Shown here one piece after another: positions 58,995-64,000 of a DNA stretch of 64,000 nt (within the stretch, counting starts at the first letter, position 1; each line of letters starts with the position of its first letter). The position numbers and the translations under genes are program-made. The notes beneath the pieces were generated by a model. The model did no database searches, had not been told where the DNA came from, and saw only the letters and a list, made by a program, of their open reading frames with translations. The DNA comes from an uncultured delta proteobacterium (GTDB lineage: Bacteria; Desulfobacterota; Binatia; Binatales; Binataceae), in the NCBI GenBank assembly GCA_963711565.1, contig CAVQEQ010000004.1, forward strand, positions 704,001-768,000. Reading direction: 5' to 3'.

Positions 58995-60002
58995 TCAGCG
59001 CTGCTGCGGCATCCCGGCGCCGACGAACAGGCTGACCTTTTTGGCCGGCTCGTCGCGGAGCGTGCGCCCGGTGAAATGGATGAAGACGTCTTCGAGCGAG
59101 AGCTTCTGCACGGTGATCGAAGTCACGCGATCGCCGGCGTGTTCGATGGCCTCGAGGATTTTCGGAATCGCGTGCGCCCCGTCGTTGGACGAAAGTTGCA
59201 GGCGGTTTCCGCCGTCGAGATTCACCTCGCGCAGATAGGGCATCGGCTTCAGCATGTCGGCGATAGCGGCCGGATTTTTTTCGACCACGAGATCGATTCG
59301 GTCCGCGCCAGGCACCATCGATTTGAGTCCGATTGGCGTGTCGAGCGCGATTATCTTGCCGCCGTCGACGATTGCGATCCGATCGCAGAGCGACTCGGCC
59401 TCGTCCATGTAATGCGTGGTGAGCGAGATGGTGATCTCGCTTTCCTTGCGCAGAGTTTCGAGCAAATCCCACACGGCGCGGCGGCTTTGCGGGTCGAGTC
59501 CGATAGTCGGCTCGTCGAGGAACAGCACGTCGGGCGAATGAATCAGGCCGCGCGCGATTTCGAGCCGGCGGCGCATCCCGCCCGAGTACGTGGCGACGAG
59601 ATCGTTGGCGCGCTCGGTCAGCCCGACCATGTGCAACAGGCGATGACCGCGTTCGCGGCGCTCGCGGCGCGACAGGCCGAAGAACTCGCCGTAAATGTCG
59701 ACGTTCTCCCATCCGGTGAGATCGAGATCGGAGGTGAGCGCCTGCGGGATGACGCCGATATTCTCGCGTACCTGGCGCGGATGACGCGCGACGTCGAAGC
59801 CGGCGACGAACGCCTGGCCGCCGCTCGGCGTTATCAACGTCGTCAGCATCCGCACCACGGTCGTCTTGCCTGCGCCGTTGGGGCCGAGCAGCCCGAAGAC
59901 CTCGCCACGGCGGACCTCGAAGTTGACCTTGTCAACGGCGGTGAAAGTGCCGAACCGCTTAGTCAGGTCTTTGGTTTGTATTGCTGCTGAGTCGGGTTCC
60001 AT
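58995..60002 (-). CDS. ABC transporter ATP-binding protein (DrrA-like)
   Basis: GPNGAGKT, YSGGMRRRLE, FLDEPT.GLDP, TTHYMDEA. Confidence 0.95.
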   Translation of the reverse strand: MEPDSAAIQTKDLTKRFGTFTAVDKVNFEVRRGEVFGLLGPNGAGKTTVVRMLTTLITPSGGQAFVAGFDVARHPRQVRENIGVIPQALTSDLDLTGWENVDIYGEFFGLSRRERRERGHRLLHMVGLTERANDLVATYSGGMRRRLEIARGLIHSPDVLFLDEPTIGLDPQSRRAVWDLLETLRKESEITISLTTHYMDEAESLCDRIAIVDGGKIIALDTPIGLKSMVPGADRIDLVVEKNPAAIADMLKPMPYLREVNLDGGNRLQLSSNDGAHAIPKILEAIEHAGDRVTSITVQKLSLEDVFIHFTGRTLRDEPAKKVSLFVGAGMPQQR

Positions 60003-60846
60003 CGTTGCGCGGAAACGTGACTTCCGCGGTCATCCCGGGTTTGAGCTCGCCCTCGGCTTGCAGCACCTGGACCTTGACGTAGAACGTGCGAATGTCCTGG
60101 CGCCCGCGCCGCACGTCGCGCTCGGTCGCGAACTGGCCCTCCTGTCCGATTGCCATGATCCGGCCGGTGAAAATCTGCGGCGGATCGGTCGGCAGTTCGA
60201 CCTGCGCCGACTTGCCGATGTAGAGCGAGCCGAGGTCGGTCTCTTCGACGTCGACGCGCGCCCAGATTGTCGAGAGGTCGTCGACGGTCAGAATCGGCAC
60301 GCCCGGCGTCACCCATTCGCCGACTTCGAGCGCCTTGCTGACGATGACCCCATCGACCGGCGACTTGATCTCGGTGTCGACGATTTGGTCGGCGTAGAAC
60401 TTCGCGTTGGCCTGCCCGCTGAGCACGTCGGCCTCGTCCTGCTGTACGGCCGTGATGGAATCGTCGCGAGTCTTGGTGGCAATCACATTGGCTTTCGCCA
60501 GAGCCTCGTTGCGTACGAGGTCGCGCCGCGCTTGCGCCAGGTTGGCCTCCGAATGAGCGAGATCAGCCTGCGACTTGGCCAATTCGTTTCTGAGATCGAT
60601 GTCCTCGATCAGCGCAACCACCTGGCCTTTCTGGACGTGGTCGCCTTCGAGCAGATCGAGTTGCTTGATGCGGCCGCCGATGCGGCTGGTGATATTTACT
60701 TCGGGCGCTTCGATCATGCCGACGACCTTAATCGTCGAACGATCCTCTGGCGGCCATAAGTAGGTGCGTCCGAAAAAATAAAATCCGAAGATAATACCGG
60801 CCAGGATTCCCAGCCGAATTACCCGGCGAACCAGGGTTCGAATCAT
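59959..60846 (-). CDS. HlyD-family efflux membrane fusion protein
   Basis: N-terminal TM; GRIKQL...EGDHV.KGQ, IKSPVDG, LKPGMTAEV. Confidence 0.92.
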   Translation of the reverse strand: MIRTLVRRVIRLGILAGIIFGFYFFGRTYLWPPEDRSTIKVVGMIEAPEVNITSRIGGRIKQLDLLEGDHVQKGQVVALIEDIDLRNELAKSQADLAHSEANLAQARRDLVRNEALAKANVIATKTRDDSITAVQQDEADVLSGQANAKFYADQIVDTEIKSPVDGVIVSKALEVGEWVTPGVPILTVDDLSTIWARVDVEETDLGSLYIGKSAQVELPTDPPQIFTGRIMAIGQEGQFATERDVRRGRQDIRTFYVKVQVLQAEGELKPGMTAEVTFPRNDGTRLSSNTNQRPD

Positions 60847-61505
60847 TGCGGATGCACTACCTTAAGCGACTGCGACGGGTCCGCGCCGAGCGACCGGAGC
60901 ATCAGGTTGCCGAGATCGCGGCTGAGCTCGGAGACCGGGCGGCCGGCGCCGTAGTAGAGCAACAGCGAGCGAATCGCGCCCTGGATCGTGAACGTCGCGA
61001 GGCGCGGATCGACGCGCGTGAAAACTCCGGCGCGGATTCCTTCTTCGATTAGCGAGGCGAAAAAATTGAAGCCGCGTTCGCGCGATCCGTCGATAATCCG
61101 ATTGCGCGCATCGGACAGCCGCGGCTCCTCCATTGCGTAGAACTGAAGAAAATCTCGCCGCTGATCGAAGAATTCCACCATCACGCCGATCGAACGCCTC
61201 AGCCGCTCGACCACCGGCAGCTTGGGATCCGCGCTGGCCTGATAGGTGCGATAGGCGGTGTCGAGACCGTCGCTCAAAACGCCGAGGTAGAGCGCGTCCT
61301 TCGACGGGAAGTAGAGATAGAGCGTTCCTTTGGCGACCCGGGCGGCCTCGGCGACGCGGTCCATCGTGACGGCCTGGTAGGGCTCGTGCGCGAAGAGCTT
61401 GAGGGCGGCGGCGAGGATACGCTCGCGCTTGGCGGCCTGCTCGTCGTGGACGTGAAAGGGGCGACCATTGGAGATTACAGCCGAATTTGTGTTTGTTCTG
61501 TCCAT
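60843..61505 (-). CDS. TetR-family regulator
   Basis: RILAAALKLF...VTMDRVAEAARVAKGTLYLYFPSKDAL. Confidence 0.93.
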   Translation of the reverse strand: MDRTNTNSAVISNGRPFHVHDEQAAKRERILAAALKLFAHEPYQAVTMDRVAEAARVAKGTLYLYFPSKDALYLGVLSDGLDTAYRTYQASADPKLPVVERLRRSIGVMVEFFDQRRDFLQFYAMEEPRLSDARNRIIDGSRERGFNFFASLIEEGIRAGVFTRVDPRLATFTIQGAIRSLLLYYGAGRPVSELSRDLGNLMLRSLGADPSQSLKVVHPQ

Positions 61506-61507
61506 AA

Positions 61508-61552
61508 ACTGACCAGTCAGTCATATTTAGAGTGCGTGAGGTTGCGAGTCAA
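61508..61552 (-). promoter_or_regulatory. TetR operator and promoter of the efflux operon
   Basis: Palindrome ACTGAC-CA-GTCAGT (61508-21) just upstream of the start; TTGACT (61552-47)-17 bp-TAAATA (61529-24). Confidence 0.7.
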
Positions 61553-61582
61553 CCCAGTCAGGACGTCTGTCGCCGGAATTGG

Positions 61583-61611
61583 TTGCGCGTCCTGTCGGGC
61601 GTGCCTAGACT
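61583..61611 (+). promoter_or_regulatory. sigma70 promoter of the tRNA gene
   Basis: TTGCGC (61583-88)-17 bp-TAGACT (61606-11). Confidence 0.6.
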
Positions 61612-61638
61612 GCTGAACTTCGAAAGCTGGTCACGCAG

Positions 61639-61678
61639 GCGCCCGTAGCTCAACTGGATAGAGCATCAGACTTCGGAT
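61639..61678 (+). tRNA. tRNA-Arg(TCG), 5' half only (interrupted after the anticodon loop)
   Basis: GCGCCCG-TA-GCTC-AACTGGATA-GAGC-A-TCAGA-CTTCGGA-T; the expected continuation (CTGA, T-arm, CGGGCGC) is absent. Confidence 0.85.
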
Positions 61679-61820
61679 ACGACCCAGCCAGGTAACGCGT
61701 CGAGAAAAAGTCAGTCTCAGCAAGACGAAAGGCCCTTGTGCCAGAAGGGGTTCGCGCGTTGTCTTCGTTCGCGCAGATTCTCTCCGAGTCTCGTCGAATC
61801 GACCCGATTCTGGTCACAAA

Positions 61821-61906
61821 TGCCCAACTATTGCCCAACTGTTTTTTGGGCCGCTGGAGATCGGCAAACGTCCGATCCAACGCTCATGCCCAACTCCTGC
61901 CCAACT
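61821..61906 (+). repeat. Four TGCCCAACT direct repeats in two pairs
   Basis: 61821-29, 61832-40, 61887-95, 61898-906; 11-bp period within each pair. Confidence 0.85.
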
Positions 61907-61975
61907 CGCAATTAGATTTGCAGTCTCATCGAAGGATAGACGCTCATAAGGAATGATTTACGAGGAGGTACTGAG

Positions 61976-62296
61976 ATGTCCGACTATGCTGCCAAAGTTG
62001 CAACCCTTAAGTCTGAGCGGGCAAAGCTTGCTCAACGGCAATCGGAGCTCGCCGCCCAGCGCCGTGAGGAAATCGGCCGACTCGCCGAGAGACTCGGCAC
62101 ACTCGAAATCGATGACGACGTGCTTGCCGGCATGTTCCTCGAATTGAAATCCGCAAAGGAGGGAGATGGCTCGCGTCTCAAGCAATTGCGAGACGTGGGC
62201 TGCCGGTTTCGTTCTCCCAAGCCTGAGCGCGCTAAGCGACACCCCGCGGATGCTGCGGCGCACGCGAACGGCACTGATTCGAATCGAAGCGTGTAG
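61976..62296 (+). CDS. traC: TraC-like conjugal transfer accessory protein
   Basis: GAGGAGG RBS; coiled coil, EEIGRLA...G.LEIDD..L.G.F; position before traD and traG. Confidence 0.55.
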   Translation: MSDYAAKVATLKSERAKLAQRQSELAAQRREEIGRLAERLGTLEIDDDVLAGMFLELKSAKEGDGSRLKQLRDVGCRFRSPKPERAKRHPADAAAHANGTDSNRSV

Positions 62297-62303
62297 GGCA
62301 CGT

Positions 62304-62507
62304 ATGAGTCACGAAGAACGCAAACTCGAGACGCGACGAAAGATTGCGATGGGAGGCCTCGTCATCAAAGCGGGGCTCGACCACGAGGAACCTGCAGTGC
62401 TGCTCGGCATGCTCATGTCGGCGGCCCGCGTCCTGTCGAGCGCTAACGCGGATGAGCACCGCAAGCGATGGCGAGAGCACGGTGACTCGGCCTTCAAAAG
62501 AGTGTGA
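62304..62507 (+). CDS. traD: Conjugal transfer protein TraD (Ti-type)
   Basis: RKLETRRKIAMGGLVIKAGL..EEPAVLLGML...W...G..AF. Confidence 0.85.
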   Translation: MSHEERKLETRRKIAMGGLVIKAGLDHEEPAVLLGMLMSAARVLSSANADEHRKRWREHGDSAFKRV

Positions 62508-62510
62508 ATC

Positions 62511-64000
62511 ATGCAACATCCGATAGTCATGGTTGCGACGCTGGCGCTTGTGCTGGGCCTGCTCTGCGTGACGGAAGTTCGCGAGAGCTGGGTCGGGTGG
62601 TTCGCTCGCGGCGTGTTCTGGTTCGGGATCACGATCCTGAGCCGCGACTACGCGAACGTCTGTGTAATGCGTCTCACCGCGAGCACAGCGTCCCCGTATT
62701 GGCGCTTCGTCATCGCACGCTCGTCTGTGACCGCAGAGGCTGTTGCCCCAGCGCTTCTGCTTCTCGGCACAATCGCGCTGCTTGAGGCCCGTGTCGTTGG
62801 GCGAGGGACCGTCTTTCTCGGCGCCGGCGCGACGCTCTGCTCGGGCATGCTGACGGGATGGCATGAAGTCTCACGCCTCGTGGGCTACTACCCCGCTTAT
62901 CCGGTTTCAACACTTGTCGGCTCAATGGATCCTTATGCGCAGGGTGGTTTCTATCTAGCGTTTTTCTCGGCCTTTCTCGCGATTAAAAAGGCCCGCAGGG
63001 CACCGGAAACCCGGTCTACGTGGCAGCGGTCGCCGTCCAGCCTTCACGGCACCAGCGACTGGATGCCGATGAGCACTGCGCGGCGGATGTTCCAAACTGG
63101 CGGCATCATTGTCGGCGAGGCGTACAGGCCGGATCGTGACCCGAAGCTTGGAGGCCAGGCTCCGTTGCTTCGCTACGATGGCAAGGTCGGCTCCGGGCAC
63201 TGTCTCGTCTTCGCCGGTTCGGGCGGCTACAAAACCACCGGGGTCGGAGTTCCGTGTGCGTTAGAGTGGAGCAGTGCTCTCGTTTACCTCGATCCTTCCG
63301 CAGAAGTCTTTCCGATCGTTCGCGCGTCGCGCGACGCGTTGGGCCATCGCGTGGTTTCTCTGAATCCGGAGGAAGGGCGCGGCGGATTCAACGTTCTCGA
63401 TTGGATCGATACCTCCGCGGATCGAAGCTTGATGGATATCCAGGCCGTGGTTGCATGGCTCGCAGGCGAGCAGCCTGCGGAACGCTATGACGACTACTTC
63501 AAACACGCGGCGCGAGCGCTGCTCGGGTGTCTTCTCGCGGATATCCTGTTTGCTCCTGGATTGCTTCCGGAAGAGAAGACGCTGACGCTTCTTCGCAAGC
63601 GGGTTGCGCTCCCGATCCCGGAGCTTCGGCAGCTTCTCGACGACATCTACGCCAAGGGCGATTCGTACGGCTTCGGTTTTCCGGCCCAGCTCGCTGGTAA
63701 TCTCAAAGACATCACCGAAAAGCAGTTTTCCGGGTTTTATGGCGAGGCCGGAAACCTCACTGCATGGCTCGCGGTGCCTTCACTGGCGCGATTGGTTTGC
63801 GGGTCATCTTTCCAGACGCGAGACATTCTGTCGGGCAGACTCGACGTGTTCATCAACGTTCCGCTCAAAGTCTTGCAGAGCAATCCGCAGGTCTGCCGCC
63901 TGATCCTTGGCGCGTTGCTGAATGCCGCGTACGAAGCACGAGGGGACCTGGGTGGGCGGATTCTGTTCGTGCTCGATGAGGTTGCGCGCCTCGGCTATAT
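62511..64000 (+). CDS. traG: Type IV coupling protein TraG/VirD4 (Ti-type; runs off window end)
   Basis: Manual translation: TM N-terminus, LHGTSDW, GGIIVGEAYR, Walker A FAGSGGYKTT, YLDPS, Walker B ILFVLDEVARLGY. Confidence 0.9.
   Translation, partial: MQHPIVMVATLALVLGLLCVTEVRESWVGWFARGVFWFGITILSRDYANVCVMRLTASTASPYWRFVIARSSVTAEAVAPALLLLGTIALLEARVVGRGTVFLGAGATLCSGMLTGWHEVSRLVGYYPAYPVSTLVGSMDPYAQGGFYLAFFSAFLAIKKARRAPETRSTWQRSPSSLHGTSDWMPMSTARRMFQTGGIIVGEAYRPDRDPKLGGQAPLLRYDGKVGSGHCLVFAGSGGYKTTGVGVPCALEWSSALVYLDPSAEVFPIVRASRDALGHRVVSLNPEEGRGGFNVLDWIDTSADRSLMDIQAVVAWLAGEQPAERYDDYFKHAARALLGCLLADILFAPGLLPEEKTLTLLRKRVALPIPELRQLLDDIYAKGDSYGFGFPAQLAGNLKDITEKQFSGFYGEAGNLTAWLAVPSLARLVCGSSFQTRDILSGRLDVFINVPLKVLQSNPQVCRLILGALLNAAYEARGDLGGRILFVLDEVARLGY

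Larger units (their letters stand above)
61679..64000 (+). mobile_element. Left end of an integrative conjugative/mobilisable element inserted in tRNA-Arg
   Basis: tRNA breakpoint, arm-type repeats and traC-traD-traG cluster; integrase and relaxase not in the window. Confidence 0.75.

Noticed and set aside
58902-60759. Plus-strand ORFs of 362 and 297 aa
   Set aside because: Antisense shadows of the ABC ATPase and HlyD genes.
61679-61975. Group I intron in the tRNA-Arg anticodon arm
   Set aside because: No 3' exon or recognisable intron core follows within the window; conjugation genes and repeats follow instead.

Overview
GC-rich bacterial chromosomal window; Thr-linker/Ig-repeat surface proteins and gene content suggest a soil Binatota-like organism (inference only). 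1-32.3 kb: an envelope island with an arylsulfatase, DUF3313/DUF2092/DUF3300/DUF2950/DUF4410 proteins, pqiA-pqiA-pqiB-pqiC, an octaheme-TPR cytochrome, a FixJ-type two-component set, two large secreted glycan enzymes, three frameshifted genes and a shared palindromic operator. 32.4-42 kb: aromatic hydroxylation/meta-cleavage and acyl-CoA genes. 42-56.3 kb: transport, iron storage (Fur box-bfd-bfr) and signalling genes. 56.2-57.9 kb: an accessory hotspot holding an 801-bp integrase-less insert that duplicated the 3' end of a response regulator gene, then an unknown gene converging on a promoter- and terminator-bounded ~125-nt putative pseudoknotted ncRNA (best candidate for a new system, type III toxin-antitoxin-like). 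After a TetR-ABC efflux operon, a tRNA-Arg(TCG) gene breaks off just after its anticodon loop at the left end of an integrative element carrying arm-type repeats and traC-traD-traG, which runs off the window. No CRISPR array or rRNA was seen.
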